Of a stretch of DNA of 64,000 bases, positions 38,915 to 57,320 are shown in pieces. This DNA comes from Pontimonas sp. Its GTDB lineage: Bacteria > Actinomycetota > Actinomycetes > Actinomycetales > Microbacteriaceae. The notes beneath the pieces were generated by a model that saw nothing but the letters and a program-made list of their open reading frames with translations, searched no databases and was not told where the DNA came from. The stretch is from the NCBI GenBank assembly GCA_963692965.2, contig OY843589.2, positions 278,938 through 342,937 on the forward strand, in the 5' to 3' direction. The position numbers and the translations under genes are program-made. Positions within the stretch are counted from its first letter, which is position 1; every line of letters starts with the position of its first letter.

Positions 38915-40234
38915 GTGTCCGAGGCGTCTTCCGGGGTCATCCCCACTGCGAGAAACGACGACACCTTCGAGAACCTGTGGGACGAGCTTCTCTGGCGGGG
39001 CCTTGTCCATGTCTCCACCGATGCTGATCGGTTGAAAGACCTCCTGCACCAGGGCCCCATCACCTACTACTGCGGGTTCGACCCGACCGCGCCCAGTCTG
39101 CATCTGGGAAACCTCGTGCAGCTGCTGGTGATGCGGAGGCTCCAGTTGGCAGGCCACCAGCCCCTTGCCCTCGTTGGCGGGTCAACGGGCCTGATTGGAG
39201 ATCCGAAGCCCACTGCGGAGCGCACGCTCAATGACCCAGAAACTGTTGCTCTCTGGGTCGAGAGCCTCCGGGCCCAAGTCACTCGGTTTCTTGACGAGAC
39301 AGGGCCAGACGGGGTCACGCTGGTCAATAACCTCGACTGGACCAAAGATTTGGACGCGATTTCTTTCCTGCGCGATATCGGGAAATATTTTCGTGTCGGC
39401 ACCATGATCAAAAAAGACGCGGTGTCGGCGCGGTTGAACTCTGAGGCAGGGATTAGCTACACCGAGTTTTCCTACCAGGTCCTCCAAGGCCTCGACTTTT
39501 TGGAGCTCTATCGCCAATACGGCTGCCTCCTCCAAACCGGCGGATCCGACCAGTGGGGAAACCTCACCAGTGGAGTAGATCTCATCCACAAAGCAGAGGG
39601 TGTCGATGCCCACGCGCTCGGAACCCCGCTGATTATCAATTCGGATGGCACCAAGTTTGGCAAGTCCGAGGGCAACGCCATCTGGTTGGACCGAGAACTC
39701 ACCAGTCCCTGGGCGATGTATCAGTTCTGGCTCAACACCGATGATCGCGATGTGATCGACCGACTGAAAGTCTTCACCTTCCTCACCCGCGCAGAGATTG
39801 AGGAGCTTGGTGTGGCTGTTGAGCAGGAGCCGCATCAGCGCCTGGCCCAGCGGTCCCTTGCTTTGCTGGTGACGGCACTGGTGCACGGCGAGGACGAAGC
39901 CCGGGCAGTGGAAGACGCTGCCGGGGCGCTGTTTGGAAAAGACTCGCTGGCGACACTCGATGCGGGGGTGTTTGCCCAGGCGCTCAATGAATTGCCCCAC
40001 GCCACCGTGACACCAGACACTCTGGTGACTCAGGCGCTGGTGGACTCCGGGCTGTGTTCGTCTCTGTCCGAGGCGAGGCGGGCGATTGGCCAAGGGGGAG
40101 TGTCGATTAACAACCAGGCGATTGCCGATGACACTGCCGTGGTCGGTTCACCACAACCCCCCTCCGACGTGTGGGTGCTGCTGAAACGTGGGAAAAAAAC
40201 CCTCGCCGGGCTTCAGCTCACATCGGCGCCATAG
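38915..40234 (+). CDS. tyrS: Tyrosine--tRNA ligase
   Basis: HIGH-type motif PSLHLGNLV, KMSKS-type motif KFGKSEG, and a C-terminal S4-like domain. Confidence 0.9.
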   Translation: MSEASSGVIPTARNDDTFENLWDELLWRGLVHVSTDADRLKDLLHQGPITYYCGFDPTAPSLHLGNLVQLLVMRRLQLAGHQPLALVGGSTGLIGDPKPTAERTLNDPETVALWVESLRAQVTRFLDETGPDGVTLVNNLDWTKDLDAISFLRDIGKYFRVGTMIKKDAVSARLNSEAGISYTEFSYQVLQGLDFLELYRQYGCLLQTGGSDQWGNLTSGVDLIHKAEGVDAHALGTPLIINSDGTKFGKSEGNAIWLDRELTSPWAMYQFWLNTDDRDVIDRLKVFTFLTRAEIEELGVAVEQEPHQRLAQRSLALLVTALVHGEDEARAVEDAAGALFGKDSLATLDAGVFAQALNELPHATVTPDTLVTQALVDSGLCSSLSEARRAIGQGGVSINNQAIADDTAVVGSPQPPSDVWVLLKRGKKTLAGLQLTSAP

Positions 40235-40262
40235 CCTGACACGCGCGGGCTGCAGACGGGAT

Positions 40263-40291
40263 TTGGTGTTTGCCGGAGCCGACCGTATAGT
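40263..40291 (+). promoter_or_regulatory. rrn promoter candidate P1 (TTGGTG-17 nt-TATAGT)
   Basis: Hexamers read directly from the sequence, about 450 nt upstream of the 16S 5' end. Confidence 0.35.
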
Positions 40292-40374
40292 AGGGACGTC
40301 TTCTCCAAAGGTATGGTCTGGGTTTCGACCCCGAGGGCCTCAAGCGGAAGACATCTAGGCCAGACTCCAACTGG

Positions 40375-40403
40375 TTGCCAGGGGGAGTGCAATGGACTAG
40401 TCT
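40375..40403 (+). promoter_or_regulatory. rrn promoter candidate P2 (TTGCCA-17 nt-TAGTCT)
   Basis: Hexamers read directly from the sequence. The tandem arrangement with P1 is typical of rrn operons. Confidence 0.35.
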
Positions 40404-40547
40404 GTTGGGTCTGACGCTTCACAACGGTCAGGCGGTCGAGAAGGTGACTTCTCCCGACTGACACTCACGAGCGGCAGAGCAACAGAAGAAACAGGTAACG
40501 ACGCCTCAACGCAACTCCTTCGGGACACGAGTTGAGGGCGCCCGATC

Positions 40548-40567
40548 CTTGAGAACTCAACAGTGTG
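40548..40567 (+). promoter_or_regulatory. Conserved rrn leader element (BoxA/antitermination-like CTTGAGAACTCAACAGTGTG)
   Basis: It closely resembles the TTGAGAACTCAAxAGTGTG element found in actinobacterial 16S leaders (recalled from memory). Confidence 0.5.
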
Positions 40568-40740
40568 CACTAAGTCAATGCCAAATAACCTCCGAGGCAG
40601 AGCAATCTGCCTTTGAGATTCCTTTGGATTATTGGACGAGTCAGTAATTGATAAATCCTTTAGTCAGAAACACTTCGGCGCCATTTCAGGTGACGCCGAG
40701 CAAAGTGTGTGGTGTCCGTAAAGGCCACCACAACAAACTC

Positions 40741-42269
<1,529 letters not shown>

Positions 42270-42689
42270 AGCATCTGGCATCTTCGGATGCCCAGAGCCA
42301 CCATCAGGGACATATGTTCCCTGGGTGGACGCTCATGGGTGGAACATTGACTTAGGTGGCCGCAGCAGCGGCAGCGAACTAGTACCTCCCCTCGGGGAGT
42401 GGAAGACTCACTGCCCTCACGCAGCCACCATGCACGCTGTTGGGTCCTGAGGGACCGGGGCCGCGGGAAACCGCGGATCTGGGCCCGTCGGACCGATGCG
42501 GACGCGGAGCACATGCGCGCGATTCGGTCGGTACCGCCCGTAGGTTGAGAACTACACAGTGGACGCGAGCATCTTAGAAACACACCCCCCTGCTGGGGTG
42601 TGATTCGACAGATCTAGCAATAGATCAAATCATTGGTCACTGCAACAGCGCTGCTTCGGCAGCGATGTTCAGCGATTCATACTCATGTA

Positions 42690-45796
<3,107 letters not shown>

Positions 45797-45904
45797 ATAC
45801 ACATGAATCCTGTGATGTTCGCGTCCACTATGTGGTTCCCGATTTATGGCTGGGAACCGACGGCACACCCTCGGGGTGTGCCCTCATGCTGATAAATCCA
45901 TAGA

Positions 45905-46023
45905 GTTTCGGCGGCCATAGCGAGAGGGAAACGCCCGGTTACATTCCGAACCCGGAAGCTAAGACTCTCAGCGCCGATGGTACTGCAGGGGGGACCCTGT
46001 GGGAGAGTAGGTCACCGCCGGAC
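45905..46023 (+). rRNA. rrf: 5S ribosomal RNA
   Basis: GTTTCGGCGGCCATAGCG...CCGAACCCGGAAGCTAAG...GGGAGAGTAGGTCACCGCCGGAC, about 119 nt. Confidence 0.9.
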
Positions 46024-46034
46024 AACTATTGTGA

Positions 46035-46066
46035 AGAGGCCACCCGAGAGGGTGGCCTCTTTGCAT
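46035..46066 (+). terminator. Rho-independent terminator of the rrn operon
   Basis: Perfect 11-bp stem AGAGGCCACCC / GGGTGGCCTCT with a GAGA loop, followed by TTGCATTT. Confidence 0.8.
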
Positions 46067-46090
46067 TTCCACGACTTTTTGGGGGGCTGT

Positions 46091-47158
46091 ATGGCGGACA
46101 ACGGCAGGCCTCGGCGACCCCGCGGCGAGGGTCCCGGTCGGGGCGGACCGCGCAAAGGTGGGCCCCGTAAAGACGGTCCCCGCCAGGGCAGCCCTCGTCA
46201 AGACAGCTCGAGGCGGGATGATCGGCACCGGCCTGGCGACACAAGCACCCCGAAATCTGGGTCTTCTCGACCAGAGCGTCCCGCCCGCGCCCCACGCAGT
46301 AGTGATCGCCGTCCGTCGGGGGAGGCGCCACGGTTTCAGCGGCGAGAGCGGACTCCCGTCGAACCAGAGCCTGTCTTTCCGGATGTTGACACTGATGTTG
46401 AGCCAAAAATGTTGGATCGGATTGCCCGGCGTGAGCTCACGGCTCTCGGCAAAGAAGAAGCCGAGTTTGTGGCCAGTCACTTGGTGATGGCGGGTCGCGT
46501 CATCGAGGGCGACCCCGCGTTGGCCCTGGCCCACGCGCAGGCGGCGGCGTATAAGGGGTCTCGGATCGCCGTGGTGCGAGAAACCGTCGGGATTGCTGCC
46601 TATCAAACCGGTGATTTTGCGCTGTCGCTGCGTGAGCTTCGTACCCACCGTCGACTCTCTGGCTCCGATGCGAACCTGCCGATGATGGTGGATTGTGAGC
46701 GGGGGCTGGGGAGGCCGGATAAAGCCATTGAGCTGGCCCACAGTGTCGATCCCAACTCCCTCGACACCACAGTCCGGGTGGAATTAGCGATTGCTCTGTC
46801 CGGCGCCAGGCTCGATAAAGGCCAGGCCGATAAGGCCCTGTTGGAGCTGCAGATTCCTGAGCTAAACCCGGATGTGGCCTACCGATATTCCCCGGCGCTG
46901 TTCGATGCCTACGCCGTCGTGCTCGATGAGTTGGGACGATCCGATGAAGCTGCCACCTGGGGCTCCCGGGCGAATGTGGCTGCCGAGGCGCTGGAGGCCG
47001 CCCAGCCCGCAGACGACGGACTGATGGTCGATGATGCGCTGGATCCGTCCATTGTTGATGAGCCAGCGGTTGATGAGCCAGTCTTGGATGAGGCCGTCGT
47101 CGACCAGCCGGTTGCTCTCCGGCGTGACGACGCGGAGGACCCGGAGGGCCAGGCGTAA
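46091..47158 (+). CDS. Conserved protein with a basic disordered N-terminus and a TPR-like helical C-terminal part
   Basis: ATG 46091; the track start at 45977 lies inside the 5S rRNA. The first ~95 aa are an Arg/Pro/Gly-rich stretch. The rest is helical (LALAHAQAAAYKG...) with an acidic repeat tail (VDEPAVDEPVLDEAVVDQP). It occupies the position of the TPR protein downstream of tyrS in other actinobacteria. Confidence 0.6.
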   Translation: MADNGRPRRPRGEGPGRGGPRKGGPRKDGPRQGSPRQDSSRRDDRHRPGDTSTPKSGSSRPERPARAPRSSDRRPSGEAPRFQRRERTPVEPEPVFPDVDTDVEPKMLDRIARRELTALGKEEAEFVASHLVMAGRVIEGDPALALAHAQAAAYKGSRIAVVRETVGIAAYQTGDFALSLRELRTHRRLSGSDANLPMMVDCERGLGRPDKAIELAHSVDPNSLDTTVRVELAIALSGARLDKGQADKALLELQIPELNPDVAYRYSPALFDAYAVVLDELGRSDEAATWGSRANVAAEALEAAQPADDGLMVDDALDPSIVDEPAVDEPVLDEAVVDQPVALRRDDAEDPEGQA

Positions 47159-48163
47159 ATGCCTCTTCGGAAGAAAAGCACTCCGCTTACCGGTATCGAC
47201 AGCCTGTTTGTCGACCTCGATGGCGTGGTCTACCGGGGGGAAGGGGCCATCCCGCACGCGGTCGACGCCATGAAAAAATCCGCTCTCCCCACGGCTTATC
47301 TGACTAATAACGCGTCTCGAACTCCCGAACAGGTGGCCGGTCAACTCCAGGGCTACGGCCTTCCTGCCCGGCCAGACGACATTGTCACGTCTCCGCAGGC
47401 AGCGATGACGCTGTTGAGGGACGTGGCGCCAGCAGGCGCGACCATTTTGGTCGTCGGCGGGGAAGGTCTGACCAGAGAAGTGGAGCAGGCGGGTTTCGTC
47501 GTCACCCGCTCTGCCGATGACTCACCGGTTGCCGTTGTTCAAGGATTCTCACCGGATGTGGGGTGGGAACACCTCGCCGAAGCCTCCTTTGCCTTGCAAC
47601 GGGATACCGCGATGCCGTGGATTGCGACCAATACCGATTGGACGATTCCTCTCGCCCGCGGCACGGCTCCTGGAAACGGAGCTCTGGTGAGTGCCGTGCA
47701 CTTGGCGGTCGGACGATTGGCCACCTTTGCGGGTAAACCAGAAGTCGCCATGTTCGACGTGGCGAAAAAACGACTGGGTGTTTCTGCGCCGCTCATGATT
47801 GGTGACCGTCTCGACACAGACATCGCAGGAGCCAACCGCGCGGGGATTACTTCTGCTCTGGTACTCACGGGTATTGACCAGGCCAAACAGGTCCTCGCCG
47901 CCGCGGAGGGGGAGCGGCCAGATTTCCTGCTCGCTGATCTTCGAGGGCTCCACACCGGCTATCCCCACGTGACACGAAGCACCGACTCCGACGGCGTGCA
48001 CACCGTAGAGGTGGGAAAAGCCGTTGTCCGGCGCAAAGGCCATGTGATTCGGGTGGCACGAAAGGGCGAGCCTCTCGACCTATTGCGAGCCGGAGCGCAC
48101 TGTGTCTGGGATTCGGGACTCAAGGTGTTTGGGTTGGATATCGACCCAGTTATCTACACCTAG
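47159..48163 (+). CDS. HAD-superfamily (subfamily IIA) hydrolase
   Basis: The DxD motif is in LFVDLDGVVY; GDRLDTDI is motif IV. The ATG directly follows the upstream TAA. Confidence 0.8.
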   Translation: MPLRKKSTPLTGIDSLFVDLDGVVYRGEGAIPHAVDAMKKSALPTAYLTNNASRTPEQVAGQLQGYGLPARPDDIVTSPQAAMTLLRDVAPAGATILVVGGEGLTREVEQAGFVVTRSADDSPVAVVQGFSPDVGWEHLAEASFALQRDTAMPWIATNTDWTIPLARGTAPGNGALVSAVHLAVGRLATFAGKPEVAMFDVAKKRLGVSAPLMIGDRLDTDIAGANRAGITSALVLTGIDQAKQVLAAAEGERPDFLLADLRGLHTGYPHVTRSTDSDGVHTVEVGKAVVRRKGHVIRVARKGEPLDLLRAGAHCVWDSGLKVFGLDIDPVIYT

Positions 48164-48208
48164 GCACGCCCTCTCCCACATTCCTCTCTGGCTCGTTAGA
48201 TTGGGGTT

Positions 48209-48403
48209 ATGTCACTCGAAGGATTCACCGCAGCGACCGATGACGAGTTCGCAGCCCAGGTCGAACAACTCATGGAGCTTCCGCTGGAGCAGCGTTTGGC
48301 CGGATTAGCAGACGCGGAACAGGCGCTTCGAGACCGTCTGGGCTCGAGTGCGGAGAATACCTCGGCAGACGTCCAGGCAGAGAACGCGCCCACCGAGGAG
48401 TGA
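48209..48403 (+). CDS. Small acidic conserved hypothetical protein (64 aa)
   Basis: It sits between the HAD and tlyA genes, as in mycobacterial synteny. Its stop overlaps the tlyA GTG (GTGA). I recognise no family. Confidence 0.45.
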   Translation: MSLEGFTAATDDEFAAQVEQLMELPLEQRLAGLADAEQALRDRLGSSAENTSADVQAENAPTEE

Positions 48404-49191
48404 CGAGTCAGCGGCTCGATCAAGCCCTGGTCACCAGGGGGCTTGTTCGCTCCCGAACAAAAGCCAAACGCCTGATTCAGGGTGGTTTCGTCGTCGTGGA
48501 CTCTGGTGTCGAAGACTCTCCGGCGAGGCAGGTCACAGACCAGGCGAATATCGAGCTGTTGGACACCGACACGGACGTGGGCCGCGGGGCGGTCAAGCTG
48601 CGCGCCGCACTCGATGCCTGGCCGATCCCGGTAGAAGGGGCCACCGCTGCCGACTTAGGAGCTTCCACGGGGGGCTTCACCCAGGTCCTGCTCGAGCGCG
48701 GTGCCACGAAAGTTATCGCCATCGATGTCGGTCACGACCAGCTGGATTCCTCGCTCCGTGACAACCCAGCTGTCATGGTGTTTGAGGGGGTCAATGCGGT
48801 CGACCTCAGCCCGGAATGGTGGACACACGAGGACCTTCCTGCCTGTGAGGTCGTGGTGGTGGACCTGAGCTTTATTTCTCTGACCAAAGTGCTGGATTCT
48901 CTCCTGCAGACCTTTGGGCCCGACGCGCACTATGTCTTTCTGGTCAAACCGCAGTTCGAAGTGGGAAAAAGCGGACTTGATGGGGGAGTGGTGAAAAACC
49001 CCGCGAAGCAACGCGCCGCTCTGGATACTGTGGTGTCGGCCTGCCGCGCGCGGGAGCTGCCGGTTCGGGCCGTGATGGAATCGCCGGTGACCGGAGAAAA
49101 AGGCAATGTGGAGTATTTGGCCTATGCGAGTCAGACTGCCAGGGTGCATCCAGCAGAATGGCAGGGCACAGTATCCGGCAGTGAAGGGTAG
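48400..49191 (+). CDS. tlyA: TlyA-family rRNA (cytidine-2'-O)-methyltransferase
   Basis: The S4 domain is RLDQALVTRGLVRSRTKAKRLI. The FtsJ-type SAM motif is AADLGASTGGFTQVLLERGA. Confidence 0.85.
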   Translation: MTSQRLDQALVTRGLVRSRTKAKRLIQGGFVVVDSGVEDSPARQVTDQANIELLDTDTDVGRGAVKLRAALDAWPIPVEGATAADLGASTGGFTQVLLERGATKVIAIDVGHDQLDSSLRDNPAVMVFEGVNAVDLSPEWWTHEDLPACEVVVVDLSFISLTKVLDSLLQTFGPDAHYVFLVKPQFEVGKSGLDGGVVKNPAKQRAALDTVVSACRARELPVRAVMESPVTGEKGNVEYLAYASQTARVHPAEWQGTVSGSEG

Positions 49192-49194
49192 GGG

Positions 49195-50102
49195 GTGTCG
49201 ATGAGCCGCAATATGTTGGTGGTGTCGCACCCGGGGCGCCAGGACGCTCTCGACGCCGCTCACACCGTGATGAGTGCCCTGATCGACGCGGGGGTTCACC
49301 CCGTGGTCTCTGCTGATCAAGCAGAGGCACTCAGTGCCGGGCTCGAGACGGCGCCCGGTGTGTTAGGCGTGGAGATCGCGCCCACCGATATTGAGCTTGG
49401 CATCGTCTTAGGCGGCGATGGAACGATTCTGCTCGCTGCCGAGTTGCTCCGAGGCTCTGGAGCCCCACTGCTCGGTGTCAACCTCGGTCACGTGGGGTTT
49501 CTGGCAGAAAGCGAAAAAGAAGACCTGCAGTTCACGATCGAACAAGCGCTGTCAAAAAACTATGAAGTAGATAAACGCCTCGCCCTCGATGTCGTCGTCG
49601 AAGAAGGGGGTGTCGAGGTGTTTCGCACCTTCGCGTTAAACGAAGCGACGGTTGAGAAAGCTAGCCGGGAGCGCATGGTCGAGCTCGTGCTGGAAGTAGA
49701 CGGCCGGCCGGTCTCCAGCTTTGGCTGCGACGGGGTCGTGCTGTCGACTCCAACCGGGTCCACGGCCTATTCGTTTTCTGCCGGCGGACCGGTGGTGTGG
49801 CCGCAGGTCCAAGCACTCGTGATGACGCCGCTGTCCGCTCACGCTCTGTTCGCCAGGCCTCTGGTGGTCGACCCCGGCTCCACGCTCGCGGTGGAAGTGA
49901 TGGATCGCACCAACCACCACGCGGTGCTGTGGTGTGACGGGCGCCGGGGCATTGATTTGACGCCTGGAGCGAGGGTGAGTGCCACGATGAGTGACGAGCC
50001 CGTCTTGCTCGCCCGTCTCCACCCAGGCCCGTTTAGTGACCGGCTTGTCCGGAAGTTTTCCCTCCCGGTGACCGGGTGGCGAGGTCCCGGCCGGGAGAGC
50101 TC

Positions 50103-50106
<4 letters not shown>
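49195..50106 (+). CDS. nadK: NAD(+) kinase
   Basis: GGDGT motif (VLGGDGTILLAAE), plus NEATVEK and STPTGSTAYS. Confidence 0.9.
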
Positions 50107-54072
<3,966 letters not shown>

Positions 54073-54092
<20 letters not shown>

Positions 54093-55005
54093 TAACGGGC
54101 CGATACAGGCAGAAATCGACCGCTTCGTGCGGTTTCTCACCTTGGAGCGCGGACGCTCCACCAACACGGTGGCGGCCTACCGGGCTGACCTCAGCCACTA
54201 TGACCAGTGGCTCCACCAGGCAGGGGTGGTCGAGCTCTCCGCCATCACCGCCGCCCACGTCGAGGGGTTTGCCAGGGACCTCACCGGATCGGCTCGGACG
54301 GTGCAGAGACGGCTCTCCGCTGTGCGCTCCTTCCACGCGTTTTTGGTCGATGACGACCGGGTGGGGGCAAACCCGTCGTTGGGAGTCTCTGGCCCGTCGA
54401 GCCCCGCGCGCCTGCCCAAAGCCCTCGGCGTTGGAGTGATTCAGCAGCTTCTGGATTCGGTGAGCGGTGATGATCCGGTGTCCTTGAGAGATCGCGCGCT
54501 GCTGGAAGTGCTCTATGGCACCGGAGCCCGAGTCAGTGAAGTGGTCGGACTCGCCGTTGACGATGTCTACGGGGCCGATGGATCCACCAGTGACCTATTA
54601 CGTGTCGTGGGAAAAGGGGATAAAGAACGAGTGGTGCCGCTTGGCTCCCACGCGAGAGCGGCGCTGGAGGCCTACCTCACCAGAGCGAGAGCGGCGCTGA
54701 TCAGCCCCCGCACGCGGGCGACCGCTTCATTGTTTCTGGGATCGAGGGGAGGGCCCCTCAGTCGACAGAGCGTGTGGATGATTCTGTCCACCCGGGCACA
54801 CAAAGCCGGTATTGTCGAGCCGCTGTCGCCGCACACCCTTCGACACTCGTGTGCGACGCATCTCATTGCGGGAGGAGCCGATATTCGGGTGGTGCAGGAG
54901 CTTCTTGGGCACCAGTCGGTGCAGACGACGCAGATCTACACGAAAGTGACGATTGATTCGCTGCGAGATGTGTATTACACCTCCCATCCCCGGGCCAGGT
55001 CATAG
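54073..55005 (+). CDS. xerD: Site-specific tyrosine recombinase XerD
   Basis: The N-terminal SAM-like domain is FLTLERGRSTNTVAAYRADL. The catalytic region is LSPHTLRHSCATHL...GHQSVQTTQIYTKV. Conserved pyrG-nudix-xerD synteny. Confidence 0.85.
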
Positions 55006-55025
55006 GCCCGGGATAGACTGGTCTC

Positions 55026-55880
55026 GTGGCAAAAAACAGCGCAAAGATGGGTCCCACCGGGAGGCCTGTGCGCGAATTTGACCAGCCAGCCCCCCTCACT
55101 TCTCACGGGCCCGCCCGGGTGATTGCCCTGTGTAATCAGAAAGGCGGGGTGGGCAAAACCACCACCACGATTTCGCTTGCGGGCGCACTCGCCGAATACG
55201 GCAGGAATGTGCTTCTGGTCGATTTTGACCCGCAGGGTGCCCTGTCCTCGGGTATAGGCGTCAGCACCCACGACGCGCCGACTATTTATGACGGGCTGAT
55301 CGGCAAAGAATCGGATGTGCGGGCACTTATTCAGCCCACCAAGGTGGATGGTATCCACGTCATTCCCGCCAACATTGACCTCTCAGCCGCTGAGGTGCAC
55401 TTGGTGACTGAGGTGGCGAGAGAACATATCCTCGCGAATTTGCTTAAGCCGGTGCTGCCCGACTACGACGTCGTGCTGATCGACTGCCAGCCCTCCTTAG
55501 GCCTGTTGACCGTCAACGCCCTGACAGCAGCCCATGGGGTGTTGATTCCGTTGGAAACCGAGTATTTCGCCCTCCGTGGAGTGGCGTTGCTCATTGACAC
55601 CATCGATAAGGTCAAACAGCGGCTCAACCCCTCCCTCCAGGTCGATGGCATCGTCGCCACGATGTATGACGCCCGCACCCTCCACGCCAAAGAGGTCCTC
55701 GAGCGGGTGGTCGAAGGCTTCGGCGATCAGGTCTTGGATACCGTGATCGGCCGCACCGTCAAGTTCCCGGATGCGTCTGTGGCCGCGATGCCCATTACCG
55801 AATTTGCGCCGTCTCACGCGAGTGCTGAGACCTATCGGCGGCTTGCCCGGGAGCTCGTGGCGAGGGGCGCGATTGCTTAG
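55026..55880 (+). CDS. ParA/Soj-family ATPase
   Basis: Deviant Walker A NQKGGVGKTTT. 284 aa. It precedes scpA-scpB as in other actinobacteria. Confidence 0.85.
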   Translation: MAKNSAKMGPTGRPVREFDQPAPLTSHGPARVIALCNQKGGVGKTTTTISLAGALAEYGRNVLLVDFDPQGALSSGIGVSTHDAPTIYDGLIGKESDVRALIQPTKVDGIHVIPANIDLSAAEVHLVTEVAREHILANLLKPVLPDYDVVLIDCQPSLGLLTVNALTAAHGVLIPLETEYFALRGVALLIDTIDKVKQRLNPSLQVDGIVATMYDARTLHAKEVLERVVEGFGDQVLDTVIGRTVKFPDASVAAMPITEFAPSHASAETYRRLARELVARGAIA

Positions 55881-55890
55881 TGAGACACCG

Positions 55891-56721
55891 GTGAGCACGC
55901 CTGACGAGGCGGCCACCGACGGTGATTTTCGTGTGTCGTTGGAGAACTTCGACGGACCGTTTGACCTGCTGTTGCGCCTGATTTCCAAACGGGAAATGGA
56001 TATTACCGACGTGGCACTCTCGGCAGTGACCAGCGAATTTATCGCCTATGTCGGCGATATCAACTCTGAGGAAGGCTTGGAGCGCGCGAGCCAGTTCCTG
56101 GTCGTCGCCGCCACGTTGTTGGATATGAAAGTGGTGGGTCTGCTCCCGCAGGGTGACTACGTCGACGCCGAAGACGTCAAAGTCCTCGAGGCGAGGGATC
56201 TGCTCTTTGCGAGGCTGCTGGAATACCGCGCATTTAAAGACGTGTCGGCGTGGTTTGCCACCCGTCTCTCCGAAGAAGCCTCCCGACACCCGCGGACGGT
56301 GGCACTGGACGAGCATTACCGCGACCACACTCCGGCCCTGCAGTGGACGACCAGCCTGGAAGACTTCCAAACTCTCGCGCTTTTAGCGCTGACACCAAAA
56401 GCGATGCCGATGGTCGGCACCGAGCACCTCCACGCGCCTCTGGTGAGCGTCCGCGAACAAGCCATCCATATCCTCACCGTGTTGCGTGGGGGAGAAGCCA
56501 GTTTTCGGGCCCTCATTGCTGGCGTTGCCGAGCGAGGCGTGGTGGTAGCCCGGTTCCTTGCTGTTCTCGAGCTCTATCGTCAGGGAGCCCTGTCGTTTCA
56601 TCAACTAGAGCCGCTCGGAGACCTCACCATTCACTTAATCGACGACTCGTTTACCGATGATCAGCTGGCGTCTCTCGGCAGCGAGTGGTCCAACCCGGCC
56701 GATACCGAGGTGATGGCGTGA
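55891..56721 (+). CDS. scpA: Segregation and condensation protein A
   Basis: NFDGPFDLLLRLISKREMDITDVAL motif. Start set to GTG 55891 (TTG 55873 is also possible). The track start at 55771 lies inside the parA-like gene. Confidence 0.8.
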   Translation: MSTPDEAATDGDFRVSLENFDGPFDLLLRLISKREMDITDVALSAVTSEFIAYVGDINSEEGLERASQFLVVAATLLDMKVVGLLPQGDYVDAEDVKVLEARDLLFARLLEYRAFKDVSAWFATRLSEEASRHPRTVALDEHYRDHTPALQWTTSLEDFQTLALLALTPKAMPMVGTEHLHAPLVSVREQAIHILTVLRGGEASFRALIAGVAERGVVVARFLAVLELYRQGALSFHQLEPLGDLTIHLIDDSFTDDQLASLGSEWSNPADTEVMA

Positions 56722-57320
56722 GCGACGAGCAGACCAGCGCCCCGGACCTGCAGACCAGAGTGCCAGACGAGCAGCTCCCGGCAGCGCTCGAGGCGCTGTT
56801 GATGGTGGCGGACCAGCCCGTGTCCGTGCTGGCTCTTGCCGAGGCCACCGGAGCGCCGAGAGCGCTCGTGACCGAGACCATCGAGCGTTTGCGAGCCGAC
56901 TATGACGGGACCCACGACGCCACTCCACGGGGATTTGAACTGCGGGAAGTCGGCGGGGGATGGCGAATCTACGCGCGCCGTGAGTTTGACGATCTTGTGC
57001 GGGGAATGCTCCACGACGACTCCCCGCAGAGGCTCAGCCAACAGGCCCTAGAAACCCTCGCGGTGATTGCCTATAAACAACCGGTCACCCGGGCCCAGGT
57101 ATCGGCGGTGCGAGCGGTGAACGTGGATACCGTGATGCGCACCCTGCTCGCCAGAGGTCTGATCACTGAACACTCGACCGATTCGGAAACGGGCGCCATT
57201 TTCTACGAAACCACAGCGCTTCTTTTGGAATACCTCGGCATCGAATCGGTGGACGACCTTCCCCCGCTCTCTCCGCTTCTTGACGATGGGCGCGAGGGTT
57301 TCGACGATGTCGGACAGTAA
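56718..57320 (+). CDS. scpB: Segregation and condensation protein B
   Basis: GTGA overlap with scpA. Motifs LEALLMVADQPVSV and ALETLAVIAYKQPVTRAQVS. Confidence 0.85.
   Translation: MSDEQTSAPDLQTRVPDEQLPAALEALLMVADQPVSVLALAEATGAPRALVTETIERLRADYDGTHDATPRGFELREVGGGWRIYARREFDDLVRGMLHDDSPQRLSQQALETLAVIAYKQPVTRAQVSAVRAVNVDTVMRTLLARGLITEHSTDSETGAIFYETTALLLEYLGIESVDDLPPLSPLLDDGREGFDDVGQ

Noticed and set aside
45977-46090. N-terminal extension of the 393-aa ORF, which starts inside the 5S rRNA and runs through the rrn terminator. The antisense ORF 45968-46741 is in the same category.
   Set aside because: It would require translation across the 5S gene and a strong terminator hairpin. ATG 46091 downstream of the terminator gives the sensible start.
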